From the NCBI GenBank assembly GCA_965262735.1, contig CBDHFS010000002.1, positions 1,143,217-1,207,216 of the forward strand: a stretch of DNA of 64,000 nt, written 5' to 3'. Shown one piece after another: positions 53,094 through 62,953 of this stretch. This stretch comes from Dehalococcoidia bacterium (lineage in GTDB: Bacteria; Chloroflexota; Dehalococcoidia; Lucifugimonadales; UBA3495). The position numbers were made by a program, and so were the translations under genes. Under the pieces are notes generated by a model. That model did no database searches and was not told the DNA's origin. It saw nothing but the letters and a program-made list of their open reading frames with translations. Within the stretch, counting starts at the first letter, position 1. Every line of letters starts with the position of its first letter.

Positions 53094-53498
53094 CTAGCGC
53101 AGTTCCACTACCCGGTCGATGGTGGGGATGTCGGGGCGGAAGGTGGCGCGCCAGGCTTCCAGCCCGTTGATTTTGGCGACGTTGCCAATCCAGCCGCCGA
53201 TCAAGTCCAGCACCGCCATGATTTCCTCCGGGCTGGCACCGGCCTTGTTGGCGGCGTGCATGTGGATTTGGAGGTGCGAAACGAGGTCCTGCTTGGCGAC
53301 GCAGGCGACCACCAACGCCAATTCCTTGGTCTTGCGATCCAGGGTCGTAGTGTTAATGTAGGTATCTTCAACGTGCTGGTTGACTGCCTTCAATGCTTCC
53401 AGGTCGTATTCGGCGTAGAAATCGTGCAGGCCGTAGCGGAACCCGCGCAGTTCGGTGACTCTTTCCAGGACTTCCTGTTTTTCTTGCTCGGTGGGCAT
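53094..53498 (-). CDS. CMD/AhpD-like family protein (tandem paralogue 2)
   Basis: 134 aa. The C-terminal 60 aa are nearly identical to the neighbouring paralogue (..WRATFRPDIPTIDRVVELR). Confidence 0.7.
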   Translation of the reverse strand: MPTEQEKQEVLERVTELRGFRYGLHDFYAEYDLEALKAVNQHVEDTYINTTTLDRKTKELALVVACVAKQDLVSHLQIHMHAANKAGASPEEIMAVLDLIGGWIGNVAKINGLEAWRATFRPDIPTIDRVVELR

Positions 53499-53616
53499 TG
53501 TACCTCCTGCTTTGACAGACTTGGGATACTGGGCCGGTTAATCCAAGTGTAATGGCCAAGCGTATTTGCCAAGTGTACTTGACGGGGTTGGCGGCGGCAA
53601 ACCGACCGCGTGGGTG

Positions 53617-53774
53617 GTAACAGTTCAAAGTCGCGGGGAGGGGAGGGGCCGATGGCGGAATATGGGGGTTGGGTTACGTTGGGGGATTCATCCCCCAAAC
53701 CCCCTGGAAAAAATTGGCAGTTGCCTGAAAGCCTTGGCTGAAAACAATTCACCTCACCAAGTCTGGACAGTTAC
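53617..53774 (-). mobile_element. MITE-like element (inverted)
   Basis: TGGGTGG occurs on both flanks. Confidence 0.8.
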
Positions 53775-53797
53775 CATGGGTGGAATACCACGCCTGC

Positions 53798-54718
53798 TCA
53801 GCCGGGCGGACCGTCCGCCCAGGGTTTCAACATGGCGTAAATGACGTCGTTGATGGGAGTGGGGACACCGGCCTCGCGGCCAGCCCGGACGACGGCGCCG
53901 TTCAGGGCCTCCAACTCCAGGGGGCGTCCGGCAACGATGTCCGAGTGCATGGAAGCGTGCATCTGTTCCAGGGAACCTTCCATGTAGGCGAGAGTGTCGT
54001 CAACGACGTTGGGGGGCAAAGCGATGCCCGTGGCCCGGCCAACGGCTTCAACTTCTTGCATACACCCGACGACGACCCGCCGCCATTCGGGACGGGGCAT
54101 CAACTCCGCCAGGGTTTGCCTTGCCAGGGTGGTGGTCCCGGCCATGGTGGCGATGAACAGGAACTTGGTCCAGAGTGTCCGGTGGATGTCCTGGTTGAAC
54201 CGGGCCGGTATGCCCGATTGTTCCAGCGTCTCCAGAATACGCCGGCCCCGGGCCGAGTCACCACCCCCGGTCTCGCCGAACTCGATGCGGACCACGGCCC
54301 CGGTCTGCCGCACCACGCCCGGCTCCGGCAGACCGGCTTCGATGTAGGCCGCGCCGGGCATCACCCGGTCCTGCCCCAGCGCATCGGCGGCGGCCCGGTA
54401 GCTGTCGATCCCGTTCTGCAAGCAAAGGACGGTGGTGTCCGATGACACCAGGGGCGTCATGGCCGGCACCGCCTCCCGGTTGTGGTAGGTCTTGACGGTC
54501 AGCAGGACGAGCTCGACCGGCCCAACTTCGGCCGGGTCGTCGGTGGCCCGGCATTCCACCGGCAGTTCGCCTTGCTCGGTGACAATTTTCAGCCCGGCGG
54601 ACTTGATGGCCCGCAGATTAGGGCCGCGAGCGATAAGGGTGACGTCGTTGCCGCCGCGGGCCAACATCCCGCCAAAGTAACCGCCAATGCTTCCGGCCCC
54701 CATCACTGCAATGCGCAT
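53798..54718 (-). CDS. panE: 2-dehydropantoate 2-reductase (ApbA/PanE family)
   Basis: MRIAVMGAGSIGGYFGGMLARGG Rossmann motif and a PanE-like C-domain. Confidence 0.8.
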   Translation of the reverse strand: MRIAVMGAGSIGGYFGGMLARGGNDVTLIARGPNLRAIKSAGLKIVTEQGELPVECRATDDPAEVGPVELVLLTVKTYHNREAVPAMTPLVSSDTTVLCLQNGIDSYRAAADALGQDRVMPGAAYIEAGLPEPGVVRQTGAVVRIEFGETGGGDSARGRRILETLEQSGIPARFNQDIHRTLWTKFLFIATMAGTTTLARQTLAELMPRPEWRRVVVGCMQEVEAVGRATGIALPPNVVDDTLAYMEGSLEQMHASMHSDIVAGRPLELEALNGAVVRAGREAGVPTPINDVIYAMLKPWADGPPG

Positions 54719-54948
54719 ATCGTCTCCCATTAAATCGGCGTCTTAAATCGGCGTCGTCTCGGTTAGCAACGCCCGGCCACCAACATAACCCAATCGGCAG
54801 CAGCGGGACAACCGGCGGCGATCAGGGTACGTTTACCAGGACTCAGGAATGAAGGACTTTGCGATTGTCCCAAGCTGCTAACCGGGGCTATCGCATGGGA
54901 ATACTACGCCTTGTGGAGCAGGACCGACGGGGCTGAATTGCTGAAAAG

Positions 54949-55015
54949 CACGACAAACCAAGACATTTGAGCGTGGGGCCGCAGCAACTTTGTCGTGTTT
55001 TGTCGCTTGGTGACC
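54949..55015 (+). repeat. GACA/TGTC single stem-loop unit, copy D
   Basis: CACGACA(54949-55)...GACATTTGAGCGTGGGGCC...TGTCGTG(54991-97), then TTTTGTCGC. Confidence 0.7.
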
Positions 55016-55251
55016 GGGCCAACCGGAAAGGCCGAGGCCGGGGTCCGGCTCGCAGAATTGGTCATCAATCTCCAGCGTCAATCGCAGGTTAAAGGGCGGT
55101 TTGCCCAAGGGTTTTCGACGGCTATCGTTTACGTTAAAGAGGCGTGACGGCCGTTGTCAACGGCCAATTGTCATGGGCTGGCTCCAGCCCGTTTACCGCG
55201 GGTTGCCGGATGGTCCCACTGCGATTTCCCTTGACTGCCGACAAACCCCGC

Positions 55252-55280
55252 TTGACGCTGGCGGCATTTGTCCTTATTCT
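55252..55280 (+). promoter_or_regulatory. Putative promoter TTGACG-N17-TATTCT
   Basis: About 50 nt upstream of the ATG at 55334. Confidence 0.35.
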
Positions 55281-55333
55281 CGAACTTGCTTGACGGGGCA
55301 GCCGCCCCGAACCACTCCTTTGGGGAGAACGAA

Positions 55334-55756
55334 ATGACCCAACCAGCCCCGCGCATCACGCCGCCCGTTCCCCAACCCGAATCGGATTTTTACTGGGAAA
55401 AGTGCAAGGAAGGTGAGCTTTGGCTGCGCCACTGCCGCGCCTGCGACCGCACCTACTTCTACCCCCGGGACATTTGCCCCCTTTGCTTTTCCCGGGACAC
55501 CGATTGGGTCCAGACCGATGGCCGGGCCACGGTCCACACCTTTGCCATCGTCCACCGCGCGCCCATACCCGCGTTCCGCGACAAAGCCCCCTACATCACC
55601 GCCGTGGTGGAGTTTGAAAGCGGGGGACGCATGGCCACCAACCTGGTCGAGGTTGAGCCGGACCCAGCGGTCGTCAAGTGCGGAATGCCGGTAGAGGTCG
55701 TGTTCCAGGAGTTGGACGAGAACATATCCCTGCCCTGTTTCCGGCCGGCTTCCTGA
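55334..55756 (+). CDS. DUF35 OB-fold/zinc-ribbon protein
   Basis: CRACD...CPLC ribbon plus an OB fold. GGGGAGA RBS. Confidence 0.7.
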   Translation: MTQPAPRITPPVPQPESDFYWEKCKEGELWLRHCRACDRTYFYPRDICPLCFSRDTDWVQTDGRATVHTFAIVHRAPIPAFRDKAPYITAVVEFESGGRMATNLVEVEPDPAVVKCGMPVEVVFQELDENISLPCFRPAS

Positions 55757-55770
55757 CCGGGTGCCGGGAC

Positions 55771-56610
55771 TTGGCCGCGTTGGATCAAACCGGGAACCAA
55801 TCCGGGAGCGCGTCCGGTAACGAACCGGGCGCCCTCACCGGCAAGGTGGCAATCGTGACCGGCGGAAGCCGGGGCATCGGCAGGGCCATCTGCAGCGGCT
55901 TGGCCGAGGCCGGATGCCGGGTCGTGGTGGCATCGCGCACCGAGGCCGAGACGGCGGCGGAACACCGGTTTCAACGCTTTGCTTCCGGGACAATTCACGG
56001 CACCGCCGACGCCATCCGCCAACGAGGGGGAGAGGCTTACCCGGTCAAGTGCGACGTTACCCGGGCGGATGACATTGAACACCTGGTTGGCGCCGCTTTG
56101 GAGCGTTTCGGACGCATTGACGTGGTGGTCTCAAACGCTGGGATCGACTGCGAATCGCCGGTGCCGGACCTGACGCTGGACTCGTTGGACCAATGCTTGG
56201 CGGTAAATGTCCGCGCTCCCCTGTTGCTGTGTAAATTCGCCCTGCCCGCGATGATGGGCAACGGTTCGGGAGGGTCGATTTTTGCGGTGACCTCCGGGGC
56301 GGCTCGCGGATACCGGCCCGGACGGGTAGCCTACTCGATGAGCAAGGCCGCGCTGGACCGGATGTTCCTCAACCTGGCCGAGGAAGTCAGACCCCACAAC
56401 ATCGCCGTCAACGTGTTCAGCCCGGGCCGGGTGGACACCTGGATGAACCGCAACGGGGACTGGCCCGGCACCGCCCACATTCCGATGGCGCAGCCCGACG
56501 AGGTTGTTCCCGCCGCGGTCTGGCTGGCCCAACAGACCGCCGAGACCTTCACCGCCAACCTGGTGGAACGGGCCGAGTTCGGGCACACCTGGGGAGTTGC
56601 CGGCGGATAG
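55771..56610 (+). CDS. SDR family oxidoreductase
   Basis: GKVAIVTGGSRGIGRAI, NAG, YSMSK. The start is uncertain (TTG at 55771 or 55780). Confidence 0.75.
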   Translation: MAALDQTGNQSGSASGNEPGALTGKVAIVTGGSRGIGRAICSGLAEAGCRVVVASRTEAETAAEHRFQRFASGTIHGTADAIRQRGGEAYPVKCDVTRADDIEHLVGAALERFGRIDVVVSNAGIDCESPVPDLTLDSLDQCLAVNVRAPLLLCKFALPAMMGNGSGGSIFAVTSGAARGYRPGRVAYSMSKAALDRMFLNLAEEVRPHNIAVNVFSPGRVDTWMNRNGDWPGTAHIPMAQPDEVVPAAVWLAQQTAETFTANLVERAEFGHTWGVAGG

Positions 56611-56613
56611 GGG

Positions 56614-56756
56614 GCAACTGTTCAGGGTTGAAGGGAGGGGAGGGGCCGATGGCGGAATATAGTGGTTGGGTTACGTTGGGGGATTCATCCCCCAAACCCC
56701 CTGAAAAAGTGGCAGTTGGCTGAAACCAATTTACCTCACCAAGTCTGAACTGTTAC
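56614..56756 (-). mobile_element. MITE-like element (inverted), starts 4 nt after the SDR stop codon
   Basis: Full-length alignment, with one mismatch in the terminal inverted repeat. Confidence 0.8.
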
Positions 56757-56877
56757 AACTGACGGGCAGCACTACCGCAATTGCTGCTGGGGTACTATAC
56801 TTCCTTGAAATCTGACCCCGGAAATCTGACCCCGGAATTCCACCCAGAGAAACCACAACCGGCAAGGAGGATGCACC

Positions 56878-57186
56878 ATGACTCAACCACGCGCAGCCGC
56901 GATGGAAATTGCGCCGAAGATGGCAGAATTGAGCGCCGAGGTGTTGTTCGGCGACGTTTGGGAACGCCCCGGTTTGTCCAAGCGGGACCGCAGCCTCATC
57001 ACCGTCGCTTCGTTAATCGCCCTGTACCGCACCAACCAACTGCGGGGCCACATCGGCCGCGCGCTGGACAACGGCGTCACCAAGGAAGAGATTGGCGAGC
57101 TCATTACCCACATGGCGTTCTACGGGGGATGGCCCACCGCGGCCAATGCCGTCAGCGTCGCCAAAGAGGTCTTCGACTCCCGGTAG
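56878..57186 (+). CDS. Gamma-carboxymuconolactone decarboxylase-like (CMD family) protein
   Basis: 102 aa. VWERPGLSKRDRSLITVA...EEIGELITHMAFYGGWP. Confidence 0.75.
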   Translation: MTQPRAAAMEIAPKMAELSAEVLFGDVWERPGLSKRDRSLITVASLIALYRTNQLRGHIGRALDNGVTKEEIGELITHMAFYGGWPTAANAVSVAKEVFDSR

Positions 57187-57290
57187 CCGGGCGGGCGCCG
57201 GTCCGCAGCAATTGAAAAACCAGTTGAAAGAACGGTAAATTTGCCGCCTCGGTACAGTCGGGGCGGCGGAAAGCATTGGGGAGGTAGGTC

Positions 57291-58961
57291 ATGCCAAGGA
57301 TGACGGGGGGCCGGTTCATTGCCGAGACGTTCCAGGGTTACGGCGTAACGCACGTCTTTTTCATGCCGGTGATAATTCAGCGCGCCCTGCTGGAAATGGA
57401 GGCCCTGGGCATCAACCGGATTATGACCCACGGCGAGAAGGCGGCAGCGTACATGGCCGACGGGTACGCCCGCGCGTCACGCAAGGTGGGCATCTGTATG
57501 TCCCAGTCGGTGGGGGCGGCCAACCTGGCGGCGGGGCTGCAAGACCCCTTCTTGGCCAATTCCCCGGTGATGGCCATCACCGGACGACGTCCCCAACCGG
57601 ACCAGTACCGGCACTCGTACCAGGAAATTGACCACACCGAACCTTTCAACGCAGTGACCAAGTACAACGTGCTGGTCAACGGCGCCGATCAGTTGCCTCA
57701 ATTTCTCCGGCAGGGGTTCCGGTCGGCGACCTCCGGGATTCCCGGGCCGGTGCACCTGGACTTTGAAGGCACCACCGGGACGGTGATCGGCGAGGGCGAG
57801 GCCGACCTGGAAGTGCTGGTTGATGAATCATTCGCCCGGGTGCCGCCCTTCCGTCCGGAGCCGTCCACGGAGTTGGTACGGCAGGCGGCGCAGGTTATAT
57901 CTCAGGCCCGGCAGCCGGTCATCGTCGCCGGCGGCGGCGTGGTCGCTTCGGGCGCCGAGGCCGAGTTGGTGCAGCTAGCCGAAATGCTGTCCATCCCGGT
58001 GGTGACGTCGCTCAACGCCAAAGGTTCGATCCCGGAAAACCACCCGCTGGCCGTCGGGGTGGTCGGCGCCTACTCCCGTTGGTGCGCCAACCGGGTGGTG
58101 GCCGAGGCCGACCTGGTGATTTACCTGGGCAGCGGCACCGGAAGCCAGGTAACGAACGAATGGAAGGTACCGGCGCCCGGCACTCCCACTGTGGAAATTA
58201 ACATTGACGCTTCGGAGTTGGGCCGTAGTTATCCGGCCCAAGCCGCGCTGCAAGGCGACGTGCAAGCATCCCTGCGCAAGCTCATCGACGTAATGGAGCC
58301 GCTGGGGCCGAGGACGGAATGGGTCGGGCGGGCCCAGCAGTTGGTTGGCGACTGGCGGGAAGAAGTTTCAGTCCACGTCAACTCCGACACCGCTCCCATG
58401 CGACCCGAGCGTCTGTGCCAGGAGATCTCCAACTTCCTGCCATCGGACTCGATTCTGGTGTCCGACACCGGCCACGCAGGGATCTGGACGGGCACCATGC
58501 TGGACCTGAACCACCCGGAGCAGAGCTACCTCCGCTGCGCCGGCTCGCTGGGTTGGGGGTTCCCCGCCGCGATGGGCGCCAAGTGCGCCGCCCCGGAACG
58601 CCCGGTGGTATGCTTCACCGGCGACGGCGGCTTCTGGTACCACCTGACCGAGCTGGAAACTGCGGTGCGCTACGGAATCAACACGGTCACCGTGGTCAAC
58701 AACAACCACTCCCTGAACCAGGAGAAGAGCGGCAACGAACGGACCTACGGCGGTCAGACCGCTGGTTCTGATGAACTCTGGATGCTGTCGGACGTGGACT
58801 TTAGCAAAGTGGCCGAGTCTATGGGGTGTTTCGGCATACGAGTGGAACGGCCCGGAGATATGCAGAGCGCGTTGGAACAGGCGATTGCGTCGGGGAAGCC
58901 GGCGGTGATTGACGCAGTTTCCGACATTGACGGGATCGCTCCACCCGCTTGGAGCCCTTAA
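57291..58961 (+). CDS. Thiamine-diphosphate-dependent enzyme, acetolactate synthase-like (second paralogue)
   Basis: GEKAAAYMADGYAR and GDGGFWY...VVNNNHSLN. Confidence 0.8.
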   Translation: MPRMTGGRFIAETFQGYGVTHVFFMPVIIQRALLEMEALGINRIMTHGEKAAAYMADGYARASRKVGICMSQSVGAANLAAGLQDPFLANSPVMAITGRRPQPDQYRHSYQEIDHTEPFNAVTKYNVLVNGADQLPQFLRQGFRSATSGIPGPVHLDFEGTTGTVIGEGEADLEVLVDESFARVPPFRPEPSTELVRQAAQVISQARQPVIVAGGGVVASGAEAELVQLAEMLSIPVVTSLNAKGSIPENHPLAVGVVGAYSRWCANRVVAEADLVIYLGSGTGSQVTNEWKVPAPGTPTVEINIDASELGRSYPAQAALQGDVQASLRKLIDVMEPLGPRTEWVGRAQQLVGDWREEVSVHVNSDTAPMRPERLCQEISNFLPSDSILVSDTGHAGIWTGTMLDLNHPEQSYLRCAGSLGWGFPAAMGAKCAAPERPVVCFTGDGGFWYHLTELETAVRYGINTVTVVNNNHSLNQEKSGNERTYGGQTAGSDELWMLSDVDFSKVAESMGCFGIRVERPGDMQSALEQAIASGKPAVIDAVSDIDGIAPPAWSP

Positions 58962-59071
58962 CCGGCTTTTGAGCAAACCCAGCCCCACGACAGCCAGCCG
59001 TGCCAGCAAACAATTTCCCCCGGACGCCCGGTTGACCCGGCATCCGGGGGAAATCATTTTCGCGACTTAAA

Positions 59072-59104
59072 GGGAGTCCTTCAGGGCCATCAGGGCGAAC
59101 GGTT
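59072..59104 (+). repeat. REP-like family 2 copy
   Basis: GGGAGTCCTTCAGGGCCATCAGGGCGAACGGTT. Confidence 0.75.
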
Positions 59105-59134
59105 GGAATTGCCAGGGTCCCGGGTGGCTGGACG

Positions 59135-60001
59135 CTATCGCCCAATGGCGGACAGGAAGGACTTGGCAGCCGCGTAGTCCCGGGCGCCGCCCCGCCGGAT
59201 AGGAGGGAGCAGATAAATGTTGTGCCGTCCCGCCGCGCGGAAATCCTGGAACAGCTCCAACGCAAACTCCACACCCGAACGTCCCGCAGCCAATTCGGAC
59301 TTCAACTCCGGCGGAGGCGGGGCAAAACTTACGCCGTACGGCTCCATTATCTGCAAGCCATAGAACACCGGCACCGGTATTTCCGTTCCGGCGACCTCGA
59401 CGTAGGCGGCCTCGAAACGGTCCGCGTCCACCGGGTTGAAGACGGGTTGGGTAATCAGGAACCGGGCCCCGGCCTGCACCTTGCGGTGGGCCAGCCCAGC
59501 TTCACGGGCCAGGCCCCGGCCCAGGTCAACCGCGCCGCCGGTGCAGAAATCGGTGGGATTGTCCAGCAATGCGCCCCGAAAGTCGACGCCCCGGTTCATC
59601 CGGGCAATCGCCGCGATAAGCTGGCTAGGCCGGTAATCGTTGACCGGCCTGACCTGGGACAATTCCGGCTCCGAAAATGGGTCCCCTTGGACCACGATGA
59701 CGTTTTCCAACCCCAGCATCTGCGCTCCCAGCAGGTGGGACTGAAGGGCGAGAATGTTCATGTCGCGGGTGGCCAGGGTAAACGCCACGTCCAAGCCAGA
59801 TTGCTTCCGGATGGACGCCGCCAGGATCGCCGGGTCGGCTCGGACGGAGCGACCGGGGTTGTAGTTGACCGAGATGACGTCGGAGGTCAACGCGGCGGCG
59901 GCCTGAACCGCCTCTGGGTCCCCGGAGCGGGGAGGCGAGAAATCGCAGATAACGCAGGAGCGTCCCGTTGCCTCGCAACAGAGGTCGGTTATCGCGGCCA
60001 C
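59135..60001 (-). CDS. Methylenetetrahydrofolate reductase-like protein
   Basis: 288 aa. FSPPRSGD...TLATRDMN...LVVQGDP-type blocks resemble the MetF family. Confidence 0.55.
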   Translation of the reverse strand: MAAITDLCCEATGRSCVICDFSPPRSGDPEAVQAAAALTSDVISVNYNPGRSVRADPAILAASIRKQSGLDVAFTLATRDMNILALQSHLLGAQMLGLENVIVVQGDPFSEPELSQVRPVNDYRPSQLIAAIARMNRGVDFRGALLDNPTDFCTGGAVDLGRGLAREAGLAHRKVQAGARFLITQPVFNPVDADRFEAAYVEVAGTEIPVPVFYGLQIMEPYGVSFAPPPPELKSELAAGRSGVEFALELFQDFRAAGRHNIYLLPPIRRGGARDYAAAKSFLSAIGR

Positions 60002-60025
60002 AGGCTCCTCTGGCGGAGAAACGAA

Positions 60026-60058
60026 GGAAGTCCTTCCAGGACCTCAGGACGAACGGTT
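60026..60058 (+). repeat. REP-like family 2 copy
   Basis: GGAAGTCCTTCCAGGACCTCAGGACGAACGGTT. Confidence 0.8.
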
Positions 60059-60077
60059 CAAAGACGGCTGCCGGGAG

Positions 60078-60830
60078 TTAGCGGTCAATCTGAGCAAGAC
60101 ACTCGCGGAAGCGGTTGATGCCCTTCTGCTCGGACAGCCCGATGAAGTACCGGATTCCCTGGAGGTGGGCCACCACGTCCCGGGGCAGCATCAGCAGGTC
60201 ATCCCGAGGCTCGTTCATGTGATAGAGCGTGTCAACCCCATCTTCCAGCCCCACGTACAGCGTGTCTTCCAGCAGGGCCAGTTCCTTCGTGTCCATGTCG
60301 TTGCGGGCAATCCAGCGGGAAAACACAAAGGGCAGACCGGTCCAGGTATTCCATTCCTGGCCCAGGTCGTAACGGTGGGGAAATCCCCGCGCACCCCGGC
60401 GCTGGCGCAAGGCCCGGTTGCCGATGAGGAGGAAAGCGTCGTATTCCTGGGGTTGAAGTCCGACGAATTCCCCCGGCTGCACCCCATACTTGAGCTTCAG
60501 CAGCACTTCCAACAGCTTGGGCGAGGTCCGCGCGTCGTCAATGATGCCGATGCGAGCGCCTTCAAGCTCTTCGATGGGCTTGGTGGAGTACAGGAATACA
60601 CTGCCGGAAGCCTCGGTGGTGGCGGTGCAGAACCCGGACACGGGTTGGAAACGGTCCTCGAGACGGAAAGCGTCCACCAGAGGCACCGGCCCGGCGTCAA
60701 TGCGGCCTTCCTCGGCGGCCGGCCCCACCGCGCTGGGGACCATTTCGTACAACTCCAGGCCCCGCCGGGCCATGTCGAAGTAGAAGGGTTCGGAGTGTAT
60801 GTAAGGGACTTTGCCCACTTTTATCGCCAT
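60078..60830 (-). CDS. mqnA: MqnA/MqnD family menaquinone (futalosine pathway) protein
   Basis: Start set at MAIKVGKVPYIHSEPFY. The periplasmic-binding-like fold pattern is typical of MqnA. Confidence 0.65.
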   Translation of the reverse strand: MAIKVGKVPYIHSEPFYFDMARRGLELYEMVPSAVGPAAEEGRIDAGPVPLVDAFRLEDRFQPVSGFCTATTEASGSVFLYSTKPIEELEGARIGIIDDARTSPKLLEVLLKLKYGVQPGEFVGLQPQEYDAFLLIGNRALRQRRGARGFPHRYDLGQEWNTWTGLPFVFSRWIARNDMDTKELALLEDTLYVGLEDGVDTLYHMNEPRDDLLMLPRDVVAHLQGIRYFIGLSEQKGINRFRECLAQIDR

Positions 60831-61001
60831 AAGCGTAAAACCCGCCAGCGCCTGTATGTTTACGGATGGTGTTTCCCAAGGGCCTGACGCCGGCTGACCA
60901 ACCCGACCCACCAGCGTTTTCCGGCCCCATGATTGTAGATTTTACCCCGTGCGGCGTCAAGGCGGCGCCGGGGTTCGCACCAGCCGGGGTTCGCACCAGT
61001 A

Positions 61002-61033
61002 GGAAGTCCTTCGCGGGTCTCAGGACGAACGAC
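61002..61033 (+). repeat. REP-like family 2 copy (preceded by 16-bp x2 tandem at 60968-60999)
   Basis: GGAAGTCCTTCGCGGGTCTCAGGACGAACGAC. Confidence 0.8.
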
Positions 61034-61082
61034 GCAACGGACTTGGCAATGGCCGCGGTGTTGGCACGAAGACCAACGTGGC

Positions 61083-61237
61083 ATAACTGTTCAGGGTTGA
61101 GGGGGGCAGAATGGCTGATGGCGGAATATGGGGGTTGGGTTACGTTGGGGGATTCATCCCCCAAACCCCCTAAAAAGTGGCAGTTGGATGAAAGCCTTGG
61201 CTGAAACCAATTTGCCTCACCAAGTCTGGACAGTTAC
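61083..61237 (-). mobile_element. MITE-like element (inverted)
   Basis: Flanks are AACGTGGC (61075-82) and AACGTAGC (61238-45). Confidence 0.85.
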
Positions 61238-61400
61238 AACGTAGCCGCTGGTTTGGTGATTATCGGCTGGGGAAGGTATGATTGTTTATGGGCGCTTGCA
61301 ATATCCGGGCTGGCTCTGCAAGCAACCTTACTTTTAACCTGCATCCAATTGCCTGCGCATCACCGGGGTGATGCGTCCCGGGGTTGGAAATTGAGGTCAA

Positions 61401-62783
61401 GTGAGACCATTGATTTGGCTGCCCATTACTATGCTGTTGGCCGCCGGGTGGCTGGCTGCCGGGCCGGCCCAAACCGGCCCCGGCGATATTTCGGTCACCA
61501 TCCAGCGGGCGGAAAGCGATTTCCCCGACGGCATCAAGTTTTTCGTAACCGCGTCCGGCCCCGACGAAATTGACGACATCCGGGTGTTCTTCAAGAAGCT
61601 GGGCCAGACCAACCGCAGCGCCTACCGGGTGGTGGAGTTTGAACCGGGAACGGAGATTCAGGGCGAAGCCGTGGTCCACAGCGGCACCCGAGGCGAGTTC
61701 ATCCCGCCGGGGACGCGGATCGAGTATTCGTTCGAGATTCGCGACACGGCCGGCCGCCGCCTGCGGACCGACGACCAGGTCTTCGTCTATCTGGACCAAC
61801 GTTTTGACTGGCAAACCCTTTCCGACGGTCTGATTACCGTCTACTACAACCAGGAAACCATCGCCGACCGCGCCCAGGAGATTCTCAACACGTCAGCCGC
61901 AACCCTGGAGCGCATGGGGCCCATCCTTGGCATTGACCCGGAGCTCCCGCTGCACATCGTGGCCTACTCCAACTACCGGGATATGGTGGACGCTCTGCCC
62001 TTTCAGGCTCAAGCGGTGAGCCAGGGGCTGGTGACTCAGGGCATCGCGTTTAGCAATGAGCGGGTGCTGCTGGTGCTGGCCGGACAGGGCGGATACCTGG
62101 GCACCACCTCCCACGAATTCACGCACCTGCTGGTGGCTGACGCCTCCGGCACGTCGGCCGAACGCGTCCCACGCTGGCTGAACGAAGGACTGGCGGAGTA
62201 CGGCAATCTGCGGCCTTCCCCGGACTACGACTCGGCTTTGGAGCGGGCAATCCGGGATGACGCCGTGCGTCCCCTGTGGTTCCAGAATACCTTCAGCGGC
62301 ACCCCCGATGAGGTGATCATTGCCTACGGGCAGGGCAAGTCGGTGGTCGAGTACCTGTTGACCAACTACGACGAAGCCAAAATGGCCGAGCTAATCAGGA
62401 CGCAGGCCGATACGCTGGACATTGACGAGGCTCTGGAAGAGACCTACGGGTTCGGCTTGTACGAGTTGGACACCCAATGGCGGGCTTCGGTGGGTCTGCA
62501 ACCCTCGCCGCCGCCACCGGTGCGGCCCACCCGGGAATCGCTGCCCCCACCGACGGCCCGACCGGCCGGGCCGGTCCAGGCGCCCGCTGTAGTTCAACCA
62601 GAGCAACCAGCGAGTGTGCCCGACCAAGTAGAACGGGAAGAACGGGATAAAACGCCCCAAGCCACGCCGGGCTGCGGTCTGACCCCTTCCCAGGAGCCGG
62701 GCCCATTGGACCCGGCGCTGCCGCTGCTGTTTGCCGGAGGGTTGGGGTTGCTGTTGGTCAATCGCTGGAAGGGCCCAGCCTAG
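61401..62783 (+). CDS. Secreted/anchored zincin peptidase (peptidase_MA-like)
   Basis: Signal-like N-terminus, HEFTHLL...NEGLAEYG (HExxH+E), a Pro-rich linker and a C-terminal TM helix. GTG start. Confidence 0.65.
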   Translation: MRPLIWLPITMLLAAGWLAAGPAQTGPGDISVTIQRAESDFPDGIKFFVTASGPDEIDDIRVFFKKLGQTNRSAYRVVEFEPGTEIQGEAVVHSGTRGEFIPPGTRIEYSFEIRDTAGRRLRTDDQVFVYLDQRFDWQTLSDGLITVYYNQETIADRAQEILNTSAATLERMGPILGIDPELPLHIVAYSNYRDMVDALPFQAQAVSQGLVTQGIAFSNERVLLVLAGQGGYLGTTSHEFTHLLVADASGTSAERVPRWLNEGLAEYGNLRPSPDYDSALERAIRDDAVRPLWFQNTFSGTPDEVIIAYGQGKSVVEYLLTNYDEAKMAELIRTQADTLDIDEALEETYGFGLYELDTQWRASVGLQPSPPPPVRPTRESLPPPTARPAGPVQAPAVVQPEQPASVPDQVEREERDKTPQATPGCGLTPSQEPGPLDPALPLLFAGGLGLLLVNRWKGPA

Positions 62784-62841
62784 TAGCTACGATAAGAGTT
62801 CCTGAAGAGTCCCTGCCCCGGAATGGAAGGGAGGTCAACAA

Positions 62842-62876
62842 GGGAGTCTCCTTCGAGAGCCTCAGGACGAACGGTT
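62842..62876 (+). repeat. REP-like family 2 copy
   Basis: GGGAGTCTCCTTCGAGAGCCTCAGGACGAACGGTT. Confidence 0.8.
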
Positions 62877-62953
62877 GGACTCCTCAAAACAACATACTGG
62901 ACAACGTACTGGACAAACTAGTGGTTGAACGGATTAGATGGGGAATAGCGGCG

